Shown: positions 30,229 to 39,403 of the stretch, piece by piece
Numbering within the stretch: position 1 is the first letter of the stretch
Layout: each line of letters begins with the position of its first letter
From: a virus
IMG/VR virus record: IMGVR_UViG_3300031539_000007
Span: 1-64,000 of that record
Length of the DNA: 64,000 nt
Direction: 5' to 3' (one strand)
Translations under genes and position numbers: made by a program
The notes under the pieces: generated by a model
What the model was told of the DNA's origin: nothing
The model's database searches: none
What the model saw: the letters and a program-made list of their open reading frames with translations, nothing else

Positions 30229-30262
30229 ATTATAGCACAAGCCAATAGTCGTGCTACCTTAA
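30229..30262 (-). promoter_or_regulatory. Putative promoter for the accessory/glycosylation operon
   Basis: TTAAGGT-N21-TATAAT with an extended -10 (TGCTATAAT). Confidence 0.7.
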
Positions 30263-30297
30263 CAAACAGGCGACTCCTGATGTCAGAAGTCGCCTGT
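30261..30297 (-). terminator. Intrinsic terminator ending the capsid operon
   Basis: ACAGGCGACT...AGTCGCCTGT stem followed by TTGTT on the minus strand. Confidence 0.75.
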
Positions 30298-30320
30298 GAT
30301 TTGTGTGTGCGTAGAGCGGA

Positions 30321-31325
30321 CTAGGTAATCATCTCTAAGAGCGAGCCGGACAGATCGACCGGTACAACGGCGGCCATATCCCCGTATAGCATGCCGCGAT
30401 CATTGGCATCCCAGGTCGTGGCCCCGATAGAACGGCAGCCGAACATCAGTAGCCGCTTGTCGTTCGGGTCAATACCAGCGGGCATAACGAAGGCCGAATC
30501 CATAGCCGTGCTCGCCAAGTTAATGAACTTGCAGTTCTCGAAAGTGGTGTAGCGGTCAATGTCGTAGATGGTCATCATCTCAACGAACGCTGCCCCTCCG
30601 TTGCCCGCCTTCATAGTGAAGCGGCAGTTCTCGAAAACGTTGCGCGTGGTGTGAAGAGAGCCTGTCCCGCCATTGAATAGCAGCCCAACCATTCCGGTCG
30701 CTGCCGCGACGGTATCAACTCCGATTGTACAGTCTACGAAGGTGTTCTCTGCGGCTGGGGCAGCCAAGTTTAAGCTCGCCCCGCCGTTGATGGCCTGGGT
30801 CGCGTTGCCCCCGCCTGCAAAGTGAACGTTTTCAAAGTAGTTGCGCAGCCCAGTGACCTTCACGTTAATCAGGTTGGTGGCGTCAGCACAGCCAGAAAAG
30901 ATGTAGAGATTTTTGAAGATACAACCATTCCCGCTGATCGTCAGCAAGGGCGAGAGGCCCGTTACCGTCGCGACTTCGTGGTGAACGCGCGCGCGCTGCG
31001 CAACGTGAGTCGGCGCACACAAACCAACATAGTGCGTATAGCTCTTTGACCAATCCAAAACCTCGGCGTCCATCGTTGCGCCAGTAGCTCCGCCGATATG
31101 ATACAAAACATCATTCTGATCGGCGGTCAATGCGGCGTAGCCAACAAGCAGCGATGCAAACGCAGTGGCGGGCGTTTTGCCGTCATTGGAGTCCGATCCA
31201 TTGGTGGGGTCAAGGAAATATTCGTCTCCCGCCCCGAAGTTGGCGCTGATACTCACGCCGCCCAACTTCATTTGAACGGCTTCTATATTAGCCGCATAAG
31301 TCTTCCCTTCCAACCAGTTAGGCAT
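30321..31325 (-). CDS. Pectin-lyase-like beta-helix virion protein (head spike candidate)
   Basis: YFLDPTNGSDSNDGKTPATAFASL entry motif; repeated N.F.NC.F rungs. Confidence 0.7.
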   Translation of the reverse strand: MPNWLEGKTYAANIEAVQMKLGGVSISANFGAGDEYFLDPTNGSDSNDGKTPATAFASLLVGYAALTADQNDVLYHIGGATGATMDAEVLDWSKSYTHYVGLCAPTHVAQRARVHHEVATVTGLSPLLTISGNGCIFKNLYIFSGCADATNLINVKVTGLRNYFENVHFAGGGNATQAINGGASLNLAAPAAENTFVDCTIGVDTVAAATGMVGLLFNGGTGSLHTTRNVFENCRFTMKAGNGGAAFVEMMTIYDIDRYTTFENCKFINLASTAMDSAFVMPAGIDPNDKRLLMFGCRSIGATTWDANDRGMLYGDMAAVVPVDLSGSLLEMIT

Positions 31326-31327
31326 TT

Positions 31328-31603
31328 TTATTTCTCCTTATGTACGTTGTTCCCGTGAACTTCTAGCAAAGCGTGATTCAGAAATGTTGCTCCACACTCT
31401 GCGCATTTTGGCAAACTGTGGGGATCGCCATCGAACGGGTCTGTGTAGCGTCCAAGTTTTGGTTTCCCGTCGATTTTCAATCCCCACAGCAAGTCGTCGT
31501 TACGCATTCCTTTAAGCTGGAATACCTCACCGATGTCACGGGGTTTACCGGCATAGCCGTACCTCTTCCGCGCAACTACCCACTTCCCGGTGTAAGCTCC
31601 CAT
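31328..31603 (-). CDS. Hypothetical protein with a C-terminal C2H2-like zinc finger
   Basis: CAECGATF...H....H. Confidence 0.6.
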   Translation of the reverse strand: MGAYTGKWVVARKRYGYAGKPRDIGEVFQLKGMRNDDLLWGLKIDGKPKLGRYTDPFDGDPHSLPKCAECGATFLNHALLEVHGNNVHKEK

Positions 31604-31608
31604 TGTTG

Positions 31609-32580
31609 TTAGTCTACGATGTCGCTGAAGAACACGCCGAGATTGGCGTTGATTTGCTTGTTGTCGTAGTACGTGTTGACTTCAATGTACTCGCCACGCT
31701 TCTCGTCGTTGCGGTACTTGCGCACTGCCTGCATCTCGTTGCCGACTCCCGCGATGCGCCACACGAATGTGTAGCCCGCCGATGTCTGCCAGATACTTGG
31801 AGACGTGGGGGTGTAGAGCAACAGAGCGTCATCGTCCCAGTTGGAAGTGTAAGCCACCGATGCTTCGGCAACACCTTCCGCCGTGGCGGTGTACAGGTTT
31901 GCTCCAACCAACAGGCTGTCAACGTCGAACAACGCCTTCAGCAAGTCTTCGGAAGCAATCCCGCGCTCCGTGTACTTAATGCGGTCAAGCACATCTGGGT
32001 GATCCATCAACCTGTCGCGGGTCATATTGCCCAGGACAAGCTTGTTGGCATAGCGCGCAACGTAGTTGAAGACCGTGCGCTTATATTTGCGGATGTCCTC
32101 AATGGGGGTGGATGTCCCATAGTCAGACCACTTGGTAACTGTCGTTCCGCCAGTCACGTCAGTAGTCCACTTGGACAGCGCCCAGAAGTTGCTGACGAAG
32201 TTGCGCTCTCGCTGAATCCTCAACGCCTGGTCAACCAACAGCGCGCCATCCCTATCAGAGTTGAACGGGTTGTCTTCGTTGACGCGCCGCTCGTCAGAGA
32301 TAAAGTGCCTGCCGTGATACAGCTTGCACAGGTATGTCATCGAGGTTGTGACCTTGTATCCGATCTCAGGGGCAACGTCGCCCTCTGCGCCGGGAGTGCT
32401 CAGGTCATTGCGGAAAAAGTGCGACTGATCGACCTGGGGGATAATGTCGGTTTGTTTATCGACAAGCACCACCGGGAAGATTTGGTCGGCAATATAGTAT
32501 TCATTTGTCGTACCCACCAGAACATTGGTGAGCATTTTGTCAACGTGGACATCACTTGCTAGGGGCATTCTCATAGCCAT
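31609..32580 (-). CDS. Major capsid protein (lambda gpE / Mu gpT-like, HK97 fold)
   Basis: 323 aa; HVDKMLTNV, YIADQIFPVVLV, KWSDYGTSTPIEDI and HPDVLDRIKY motifs; follows scaffold and decoration genes. Confidence 0.9.
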   Translation of the reverse strand: MAMRMPLASDVHVDKMLTNVLVGTTNEYYIADQIFPVVLVDKQTDIIPQVDQSHFFRNDLSTPGAEGDVAPEIGYKVTTSMTYLCKLYHGRHFISDERRVNEDNPFNSDRDGALLVDQALRIQRERNFVSNFWALSKWTTDVTGGTTVTKWSDYGTSTPIEDIRKYKRTVFNYVARYANKLVLGNMTRDRLMDHPDVLDRIKYTERGIASEDLLKALFDVDSLLVGANLYTATAEGVAEASVAYTSNWDDDALLLYTPTSPSIWQTSAGYTFVWRIAGVGNEMQAVRKYRNDEKRGEYIEVNTYYDNKQINANLGVFFSDIVD

Positions 32581-32594
32581 TTATTCATATCTCC

Positions 32595-32978
32595 TTATGC
32601 GCCTCGCCCACCGGGAGCCACACTCATCTCTCCGATCTCGTTAGTGTCCCCACCGACAATGCAAACGCCGACGAGATAGGTTGTCGTGTCTGTACCAGGT
32701 GTCTGCGTGACGGCGCGCCCGCTGGTATCAGTCGTTAAACTTGCCCCAGCCGCGACGGTATCCCCAAAAATAACCTTGGAATGTCCTGCCACCCGCACGC
32801 TAACCGCAGCGCCGGTCGTCCCGCCAACCTGGATAACGCCCAGTAGCTTTTCCGTAACCGCGTCCGCCATATCCACCGTGTTATCTGTTGAGGACGCCGT
32901 ACCAAGATACCACTGCTTGGCACTCAGGTCGTCGAGGGCCAACATCGAAATATCGAACCCTTCAAATTGTTTTGCCAT
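32595..32978 (-). CDS. Capsid decoration / cement protein
   Basis: 127 aa between scaffold and capsid; VAAGASLTTDTSGRAV motif. Confidence 0.75.
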   Translation of the reverse strand: MAKQFEGFDISMLALDDLSAKQWYLGTASSTDNTVDMADAVTEKLLGVIQVGGTTGAAVSVRVAGHSKVIFGDTVAAGASLTTDTSGRAVTQTPGTDTTTYLVGVCIVGGDTNEIGEMSVAPGGRGA

Positions 32979-32981
32979 CGT

Positions 32982-33530
32982 TTATTTCTCCTTAGAAACT
33001 TTCGCGCTGTACTCACGGTACAGATCAGCGTTTTGTTCATTGACCTTCACGAGCGCCTGCGCGTAGGGGATGCTTTTTTCCTGCGCCATCTCGCGCGCCA
33101 GTTGTTCTAGCTTGCTCGCTGGATCAGCCCGGTCTTGCCCGTCGTGACCCTTCTCAGAAAACAGTGCCGCTGTGTCAACCTGGCTCTGCAACGCCTTGAT
33201 AGTTGCAATGAACTTACCGTAGTGATCTTTGTTGTCACTGCCGTCAGCGTCATTGAGCCACATCAGTTCGTCGCCGTAATCTTCAGACAACTTCAATTCC
33301 TGCGCGGTCTCGGCAAACTGTAACTTGCGTTTCTCTAGCCGCTCTTGTGCCACGGCTTCCTCAGCCAACCGCACTTGCTCTGCGTATTGCTTCAGTTCGT
33401 CCGTGGCCTTCACTTGCGCTTCCTGGAGCGCGGCGATCTCGGCATCTTTCTGCGCAATAGCCTCGGCGTATTTTTCTGCGGCTGCGACATCTGCCAGATT
33501 GCCCATATCCTTGATTTCTTTTTCAGGCAT
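32982..33530 (-). CDS. Nested in-frame scaffold protein (182 aa)
   Basis: GGAGG 8 nt before an in-frame ATG at 33530 (MPEKEIKD...). Confidence 0.65.
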   Translation of the reverse strand: MPEKEIKDMGNLADVAAAEKYAEAIAQKDAEIAALQEAQVKATDELKQYAEQVRLAEEAVAQERLEKRKLQFAETAQELKLSEDYGDELMWLNDADGSDNKDHYGKFIATIKALQSQVDTAALFSEKGHDGQDRADPASKLEQLAREMAQEKSIPYAQALVKVNEQNADLYREYSAKVSKEK

Positions 33531-34310
33531 AGTTTTTTCCTCCACTTGTTTTGGTTCCATATCAGCGAACAACTTCTCGATTCTGGCCTTTAGTTCTGGC
33601 CTTGTCGTTGCTAGACGCACAAGTTCCTCGGTTAATTGTTGCTGACCGTCTTCCGTATCTTCGTAATTTACAATATTACCGTCTTCAAAAATAGCCGTGC
33701 CGCGTCCCAGTCGCGGGCGTGGCGTGATGGCAATTCCAAGCGCCACATTGTTATAAGTTTTGCCATCGTACACGCCAGTATAATCTTCCCAACATACTTC
33801 TGGCGATGCGTACTTATAACCTTTCTTTGCGAATTCTTCTAGCGCCCCGTCGCGGAAAGACGGCTTCCATTCAACTCGGTCTGCTTCAATTCGCAAATCG
33901 GCAATATGCCCATAAATTCCGAGTTCGTCCTTGTGTAATGTGTCGATTGGCAACTCATAGTCAGGGACGCTATTTTTGAAATTGCTAACCATTTCAATAC
34001 CATCATTGATCGTGAAGTCTTTCTTGTACCCCTGATGGTAAATCTCGCGGAACGGGAAATATAGATACCACTTGTCTTCGGCGAGATCGGCGAACGGCAC
34101 CATGAATCTTCCCTCTTCCATCTTCGCTACCCACTTGCCGTCTTTCTTCTCGTAGTCCCGCTCGACAATCCCCCAGGCAATTTTGAAAGCGGCGCTCTCG
34201 TCTTTGCCTGCTTCGAGTTGTTCGTTCACACGATGCATGAATAGCGTCTGTGCCGCTTTGGGCAGTACCTTAGTTTGTTCTGGTAGTTCAGAAATGTTTT
34301 TGTATGGCAT
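32982..34310 (-). CDS. ChaB-like domain + Mu gpI-like prohead protease + scaffold
   Basis: MPYKNISELP...AFKIAWGIV (ChaB); PIDTLH, GYKYASPE and GIAITPRP (protease); coiled-coil C-terminus. Confidence 0.82.
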   Translation of the reverse strand: MPYKNISELPEQTKVLPKAAQTLFMHRVNEQLEAGKDESAAFKIAWGIVERDYEKKDGKWVAKMEEGRFMVPFADLAEDKWYLYFPFREIYHQGYKKDFTINDGIEMVSNFKNSVPDYELPIDTLHKDELGIYGHIADLRIEADRVEWKPSFRDGALEEFAKKGYKYASPEVCWEDYTGVYDGKTYNNVALGIAITPRPRLGRGTAIFEDGNIVNYEDTEDGQQQLTEELVRLATTRPELKARIEKLFADMEPKQVEEKTMPEKEIKDMGNLADVAAAEKYAEAIAQKDAEIAALQEAQVKATDELKQYAEQVRLAEEAVAQERLEKRKLQFAETAQELKLSEDYGDELMWLNDADGSDNKDHYGKFIATIKALQSQVDTAALFSEKGHDGQDRADPASKLEQLAREMAQEKSIPYAQALVKVNEQNADLYREYSAKVSKEK

Positions 34311-34317
34311 TGTTTAT

Positions 34318-34353
34318 ATTATCCTGTATAAGAAAGACAAGTAGCAACCTTAA
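34318..34353 (-). promoter_or_regulatory. Putative late promoter for the capsid operon (leaderless)
   Basis: TTAAGGTTGCTACTTGTCTT-N10-GATAAT-N7-ATG. Confidence 0.72.
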
Positions 34354-34553
34354 ACGATTGTGATGATTTCGTTGGCGTCAGCTTCTTGTAGCATCTCTAG
34401 CACCTGCGGGGCAGAGATACGCCACATCTTCACTGGCCGTTTCCCGTGGAACTGCACCATCACAGTCTCATAACCGCTGCCCATTTCAAGATGCTCTAAC
34501 AGCGGCAGGTAACGTACTAACAAAGTGCGCACAGTTTCAGCGTCGAGTTTCAC
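34350..34553 (-). CDS. Hypothetical protein
   Basis: GGGAGG RBS; GTG overlaps the upstream stop. Confidence 0.55.
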   Translation of the reverse strand: MKLDAETVRTLLVRYLPLLEHLEMGSGYETVMVQFHGKRPVKMWRISAPQVLEMLQEADANEIITIV

Positions 34554-35050
34554 AGTAGCCTCCCTAATAGTTCCGCCCATCCAGTAACCCTAATGGCTTT
34601 TGATGCGCGGAATAGATTGTATGGCTGACTAAAAAGATATGTGGCGCAATCCAGCTTCGCTAATACGTCGGGGTTGTCGTCAACGAATATGTCTATGCCC
34701 AGCCGCCGTACCTCAACTTCTTTCGAGAGCACGGTTCTTAGCGGAGCTTGGATACCATACACCCTAAGCCACTCTGATGATGGCTGGTATAGGTACGCGG
34801 GCCTGGAAGTCACATAGACTATCTTTGTCCCCAACGCCAGCAACTTCGCAATACTCTCTGTCGCCCCTGGGATCGGCCTCATCCGCGCGTAGGTCGCTTG
34901 GTGATGAAAGAATGATGCTAGGATGTCATCGGATACGTGCGGATACATCTCCTCGAACGAGTATGCTTGCGGGCAGGCAGGCTCTCCAAACGCGCGCCTT
35001 GCCGCCCCTAGTAGATCACAGACCACGCCATCAAGGTCTAGCCCGATCAT
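34550..35050 (-). CDS. HAD-family 5'(3')-deoxyribonucleotidase (NT5C-like)
   Basis: IGLDLDGVV, YVTSRP, IFVDDNP and SQPYN motifs; start at ATG 35050. Confidence 0.85.
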   Translation of the reverse strand: MIGLDLDGVVCDLLGAARRAFGEPACPQAYSFEEMYPHVSDDILASFFHHQATYARMRPIPGATESIAKLLALGTKIVYVTSRPAYLYQPSSEWLRVYGIQAPLRTVLSKEVEVRRLGIDIFVDDNPDVLAKLDCATYLFSQPYNLFRASKAIRVTGWAELLGRLL

Positions 35051-35136
35051 CTCAAAAACAGGGCCAGTAGGATTGTGAGTGTATATGTCCCGAAGAATAG
35101 TAACACTGCTAATGTTTGTTTCTTGTCGGAGGCCAT
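35047..35136 (-). CDS. 29-aa single-TM miniprotein
   Basis: MASDKKQTLAVLLFFGTYTLTILLALFLR; start overlaps the portal stop (TGATG), stop overlaps the HAD start (ATGA). Confidence 0.6.
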   Translation of the reverse strand: MASDKKQTLAVLLFFGTYTLTILLALFLR

Positions 35137-37169
35137 CAGAACACACGCCCGCGATACTTGTATTGATAGTAGCATCTGTCGTTGTGCTTGCAGTCGCGCT
35201 CGCCAATCGGAATCATATTGCGCGATTCTGTCCACCCTAGCCCCGTTAGCGCCTCGCACGTGGGGCACACGCGGTCGTCGCGCGCGCTCACATTGCGTAC
35301 CAGTAAGTCTTCGCCAGAGAGCATCCCCTGCGCATAATCTACGGACAGCACGTTCTTGGGATACAGAGAGTCAATCATGCGCTTGGCCCTAACCGCCGTG
35401 CCATGATTAGCGAAGAGCTTGTAAATCATATTTGTATAACCAGCAGTGCGGAAACGCAGCGCCCCCACAGCGCCAAATACGGCGAGTGCAAAGAGCTTGT
35501 CTGAGAGCGTGGAGTCATGTGCTTCTCTAGCCGCCGCCAGCGCCGCTTCGCGCACAGATGGCAATAAGCTATTATCAATGTAGCCAGCATGTTCAAGCAG
35601 CATATCGCTGATGACTTTTAGAGATTCGATGTCTGGCTTGTCACCAGTGTGCTTTAGCCACGCGGCGAAGACATCATCGCTCAATTGGCTTTTTAGTGCT
35701 CTGGAGAGGCGTGACATAAACATGTCTACGATGTCTGCGTAGTCGTCCTCGTCGGCTGCATACAGTGATGCGGGCAACTCTTTCAGTTCGCGGTCATATA
35801 CTCGTATAAGTCTAAGCCCCGCTTGGTCTGCAAATTCGTCAGCGGCCTGTGCCGTTTGCGCGTCTGCGTATTCTGACGCAGCGGTTATTTGTTGACCGGC
35901 GGGCATTGTTAGTCCTTCTTCGCCCTCCGGCGTACCGAGATTCTGTGCAGGGAGGTTGGGCTTCAGGAGCATACCTGACTCTTTAGCCTGTTGCAAGCCA
36001 ACGATTTGGCGAACTTGATTCTCAAGGCCGAGTGAGTATGTTAGTCCACCGGCGTTGAGCAGGTTACTGACAAGCTCTGCAAAATCGCCAACGTCGATCT
36101 TGCTGATCTTAGAGAACAATAGCTGCGGGTAGCCAGAGCCTTCTTGGAAAGAGTTCAGATCGAACAGGCGCGGGATGGCGTGGCGGTTGAATATCTCGCC
36201 GATGCGTTTCATATACGTGTTGAGAGCGATGAGATACATGGCAGATTTATCTCTAATCATTGCCAGGCTCCCGCCCTCTGAAATCATAATGAAGTCCATC
36301 AATAGGTTGCGGGCCATATCTACGCGATGGCGGGTGATGACCGCGCTTATATCGAGCGCCGGGCCTTCGCTGGGCATTGCGTATTTGAAGTCCCAGCCGA
36401 ACGGCAACGTGATCCCCATATCGTCGCCGACCTTAATGTTACGCACGATAAGCTTCGCTTGCGTAAGCGCTTCGGAATCCTCGGTTGTGTCCATGTTCTC
36501 TGGCAGAGTAACGACGGGCGTACCGCTCATGCGCTCGCAGATTATGGCCTCAAGGATTTCTAGGTTGTTGGCATAGAACCAGGATTTGTATGCCCCCATA
36601 AAAATGCTAATACCCTCCACATTGTTCTTCCCCATGCCAGTTGTGGAGAAGTGCAGCAGTTTCTCGATAGGTATGAATACTTGTTTGCTATCGAAGTTCT
36701 GCCACATCCCTTTCAGGCCGTAATTGTCGTCCCACTCCCAATGATCGAGTGTCACCGGGTGACGAGGCGGGAGCTTCTTCCAGTGGACGCGCCCGTCCTC
36801 CTTCTTCTCGTAGACGATCTCTAAATCCATCCAGCCATACGCCAGCATGAGGATGATGTCGCTCATAATATCGGTGAACGACTTGCTCATACCGTGTAGA
36901 TTTTGTTCTAGGAAAGCTGCTTTCTCTACATCTACTGGCTCTTTACCAGCAGGGCGCACTGTAACTTCGACGTTCTGCATAAACAGGGAGGTGGTTTGCA
37001 GCATCGCCGAGCCAGTTGGGTCAACCTGGCTCATCTCGTCGTATGTCTTGACTTTGCGGTCGCTGGTGCGTAGCTCGGTAATCCAGCTAGAGACAATCGC
37101 ACCGTTCCACTCGTCTACGCCGGGTACACCCAATTCGCCGAGCGGCACTTTAACTTTAGCGTCAGCCAT
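35136..37169 (-). CDS. Portal protein (Mu gp29 / DUF935-like) fused to a MuF / SPP1 gp7-like head morphogenesis domain
   Basis: LAYGWMDLEIVY, IPIEKLLHF and FNRHAIPRLFDLN (portal); C-terminal DDRVCPTC...IPIGERDCKHNDRC (MuF). Confidence 0.85.
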   Translation of the reverse strand: MADAKVKVPLGELGVPGVDEWNGAIVSSWITELRTSDRKVKTYDEMSQVDPTGSAMLQTTSLFMQNVEVTVRPAGKEPVDVEKAAFLEQNLHGMSKSFTDIMSDIILMLAYGWMDLEIVYEKKEDGRVHWKKLPPRHPVTLDHWEWDDNYGLKGMWQNFDSKQVFIPIEKLLHFSTTGMGKNNVEGISIFMGAYKSWFYANNLEILEAIICERMSGTPVVTLPENMDTTEDSEALTQAKLIVRNIKVGDDMGITLPFGWDFKYAMPSEGPALDISAVITRHRVDMARNLLMDFIMISEGGSLAMIRDKSAMYLIALNTYMKRIGEIFNRHAIPRLFDLNSFQEGSGYPQLLFSKISKIDVGDFAELVSNLLNAGGLTYSLGLENQVRQIVGLQQAKESGMLLKPNLPAQNLGTPEGEEGLTMPAGQQITAASEYADAQTAQAADEFADQAGLRLIRVYDRELKELPASLYAADEDDYADIVDMFMSRLSRALKSQLSDDVFAAWLKHTGDKPDIESLKVISDMLLEHAGYIDNSLLPSVREAALAAAREAHDSTLSDKLFALAVFGAVGALRFRTAGYTNMIYKLFANHGTAVRAKRMIDSLYPKNVLSVDYAQGMLSGEDLLVRNVSARDDRVCPTCEALTGLGWTESRNMIPIGERDCKHNDRCYYQYKYRGRVF

Positions 37170-37171
37170 TA

Positions 37172-37450
37172 TTAACCTTTATCAAACACGTCGTGGATTA
37201 GCGATGCCCCGCCGCCAACGAACAATGCGGTGACGATTTGCCCAAGCAACCCGTCCATGTAGCCAGTGAAGATATTGATGTTGGCGAACCAGCCCATAGC
37301 AAAACCGGTGGCGAGGGACACATATACCAGCCACCACATATCAAGGGTCGGCCATTTCTTGCGCACAGGTGCAACAAGGGCGTCAATCAGGGACTTGTTC
37401 GCTACCGCCAAGAACAATGCAATACCTAAAGCCAATGCGTTCTGTTCCAC
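37172..37450 (-). CDS. Putative holin
   Basis: 92 aa, three hydrophobic segments, GGGASLIHD ending, GGAGGT RBS. Confidence 0.65.
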   Translation of the reverse strand: MEQNALALGIALFLAVANKSLIDALVAPVRKKWPTLDMWWLVYVSLATGFAMGWFANINIFTGYMDGLLGQIVTALFVGGGASLIHDVFDKG

Positions 37451-37489
37451 GTAACACCTCCGGTGATTTTCTACTCATAGTTGAGTAGG

Positions 37490-37524
37490 ATGATAGCCTA
37501 AAAAGCATAGTGACTCAACCTTAA
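37490..37524 (-). promoter_or_regulatory. Putative late promoter for the holin-portal operon
   Basis: TTAAGGT-N22-TATCAT. Confidence 0.6.
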
Positions 37525-37562
37525 ACAAGATAAGTGTCACAGAATCGGGTGTCATTTGTCAG

Positions 37563-37590
37563 TTGCGCTTTGGTGATTCTGTAGTAGAAT
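37563..37590 (+). promoter_or_regulatory. Sigma70-type promoter of the rightward accessory block
   Basis: TTGCGC-N16-TAGAAT upstream of a GAGGAGG RBS. Confidence 0.55.
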
Positions 37591-37626
37591 ATATTCAGGC
37601 TTATGAAAACGAGGAGGCTATGAGAG

Positions 37627-37905
37627 ATGAGTGCTGATAATTGGGCAATATGTCCGCGCTGTAAAACGCGGGCAGAGAAAGAGTACAACGAAAAAGCTGC
37701 CGTGGCTGGCGCGATGTACGGCAATGCGCCACCCAAAGAATACATGACGGCGATAGCGCAACTTAAACCTCCACGCATAGAAGAAACGTTGCGTGAATAC
37801 TACGAATTAGGTATCGAGAATGACGGGGTGTTCTGCGTGTCCTATCGTGCCGTTTGTGCATGTGGCTTCGAGTTCAGTTATGAGCACGAAGAGGAGGCTA
37901 CGTAA
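37627..37905 (+). CDS. Hypothetical phage protein (Cys motifs)
   Basis: MSADNWAICPRC...CACGF; GAGGAGG RBS. Confidence 0.7.
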   Translation: MSADNWAICPRCKTRAEKEYNEKAAVAGAMYGNAPPKEYMTAIAQLKPPRIEETLREYYELGIENDGVFCVSYRAVCACGFEFSYEHEEEAT

Positions 37906-38108
37906 TGGATTACATACTTGTTGCAGTAATAGCGTTGGGATTTTTGGTGCTGTTGCGCTGTAGTTATCTGGACGCAATGATTTCGTCTTTTGCCAGAGGT
38001 GGCGCGGACGCCGCTGCTATGGATTGGTTTTTTGCATGCAAATATCCGAAGGGATTGCTTGCGCGCTTTGTAAAGTTTTTGCACTATTACGGGGAGATTG
38101 CACGATGA
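37905..38108 (+). CDS. Hypothetical membrane protein
   Basis: N-terminal TM helix; coupled start. Confidence 0.6.
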   Translation: MDYILVAVIALGFLVLLRCSYLDAMISSFARGGADAAAMDWFFACKYPKGLLARFVKFLHYYGEIAR

Positions 38109-38175
38109 CATACAGATTCGATTATATCTTTGAAGTACTAGAGTCGTGGGCGAGAAACCACAACTAGGAGATTCT

Positions 38176-38466
38176 ATGAAATATAATAAGTATCGTCCAT
38201 ACGATTTCTCTGGCTTGGGAAACATTTTGGCGTTCTTCTATAGAAAGGGGTGGTACTCCCACACGCTTGACTTACTCACTATCACGATGCAGGGTGGGTT
38301 CGAGGCGTTTAGCGGGAGAGCATCAGAGACATGGGAAAACAGGTTCGTTGTGAAGAACTGCGCAATCCCAGAGCTTGGCGTGGTGGCTAACAGCGCTACC
38401 GGAGAAACACTTGGGGAAGCGTGTGACACTCTCTTGAGAATTCTCGAAGCACAGAAAACGCCGTGA
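38176..38466 (+). CDS. Hypothetical protein
   Basis: AGGAG RBS then ATG 38176. Confidence 0.6.
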   Translation: MKYNKYRPYDFSGLGNILAFFYRKGWYSHTLDLLTITMQGGFEAFSGRASETWENRFVVKNCAIPELGVVANSATGETLGEACDTLLRILEAQKTP

Positions 38467-38669
38467 AAGTAAAAGTCTCGCGAGTACAGTTAAGGGCAGA
38501 TATATACGCGCACACTATCCCTACCAAGAAAGTCGCCGACTCGTATGTTGGCGAGTTACTGGCAATCGTCCCAGTGAACGGGCGTGTGTGCTATGTGATC
38601 GCGGGGAACGGGGGCGTTGTCTCACAAGAGTATGTCTCAGACTGGACAAGGATTGAGGTGGTACAATGA
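38463..38669 (+). CDS. Hypothetical protein
   Basis: GTGA overlap with the upstream gene. Confidence 0.55.
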   Translation: MKVKVSRVQLRADIYAHTIPTKKVADSYVGELLAIVPVNGRVCYVIAGNGGVVSQEYVSDWTRIEVVQ

Positions 38670-38740
38670 GCTGGGTTTTAATAGCGTTCTTGGTACTTGT
38701 CTTTGTTGCTGCTTGTGTCACATTCGGGTGGAAACATTGA
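38666..38740 (+). CDS. 24-aa hydrophobic miniprotein
   Basis: MSWVLIAFLVLVFVAACVTFGWKH; GAGG RBS; 4-bp overlaps at both ends. Confidence 0.5.
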   Translation: MSWVLIAFLVLVFVAACVTFGWKH

Positions 38741-38952
38741 TCGGCTTACTGTGGCACGACTCATCCAAGCGCCCGCTGATAGAGATACTGCCAGCAGCGT
38801 TAGAGCATTATGCCAAGCGTGTTGGCGGCGTCCCCGCGTTCGTGGCGGTGCATGCAGATTGCTACGAAGAGAAAGAAGTCCTGGGAATGAGGATTGTTGG
38901 GGAATACAACGTGCTACAGTATCACTACTTTTTAGTGGAAGGAGAGCAATAA
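38737..38952 (+). CDS. Conserved hypothetical protein (GLLWHD...AALEHY..R.G..P type)
   Basis: 71 aa, TTG start; resembles a small family I associate with Chloroflexota (from recall, unverified). Confidence 0.55.
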   Translation: MIGLLWHDSSKRPLIEILPAALEHYAKRVGGVPAFVAVHADCYEEKEVLGMRIVGEYNVLQYHYFLVEGEQ

Positions 38953-38954
38953 CT

Positions 38955-39119
38955 ATGCGAGCCTGGCGTTTCAAAGAAGCGCAGCTCTGGTTTAGTGAGG
39001 ATTCCGAGAGCGCGACTGGGAAAGACAGCGAGTTCTATATCGTTCTGTCACTAGAGCAAACTATCGAATTCCTCAAAGGACTGTTGCCGCCCAGAGACGG
39101 GGATGAGGAGGCCGTGTGA
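38955..39119 (+). CDS. Hypothetical protein
   Basis: AAGGAG RBS, 54 aa. Confidence 0.55.
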   Translation: MRAWRFKEAQLWFSEDSESATGKDSEFYIVLSLEQTIEFLKGLLPPRDGDEEAV

Positions 39120-39382
39120 CGACCGTACAAGAACTCAGAGATGCGCTGCGCGTTGCGGCAAGGGCGCTAGAGCAAGTGTCGGATTGGGATATAACTGATG
39201 TACGGGCACATCCGCCCAAAGAGTGGGGGCTTAAAGCGTATGGTGATGGCGCATCACATGGGTGGTGTTCTATCACCCAGCTTGCTAAAAAGCTCGCTGG
39301 GTTATCCGTAGAAGACGTACCTGACGATGAGGACGAGATGCTGGATAGCGACTATGCTTCATGGGCAGAGTGCCCGTACTAG
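39116..39382 (+). CDS. Hypothetical protein
   Basis: GAGGAGG RBS, 88 aa. Confidence 0.65.
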   Translation: MTTVQELRDALRVAARALEQVSDWDITDVRAHPPKEWGLKAYGDGASHGWCSITQLAKKLAGLSVEDVPDDEDEMLDSDYASWAECPY

Positions 39383-39403
39383 AAACAGAGAGGGGGTTCG
39401 CTA

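Noticed and set aside
31603-32562. 319-aa plus-strand ORF
   Set aside because: Antisense shadow of the major capsid gene
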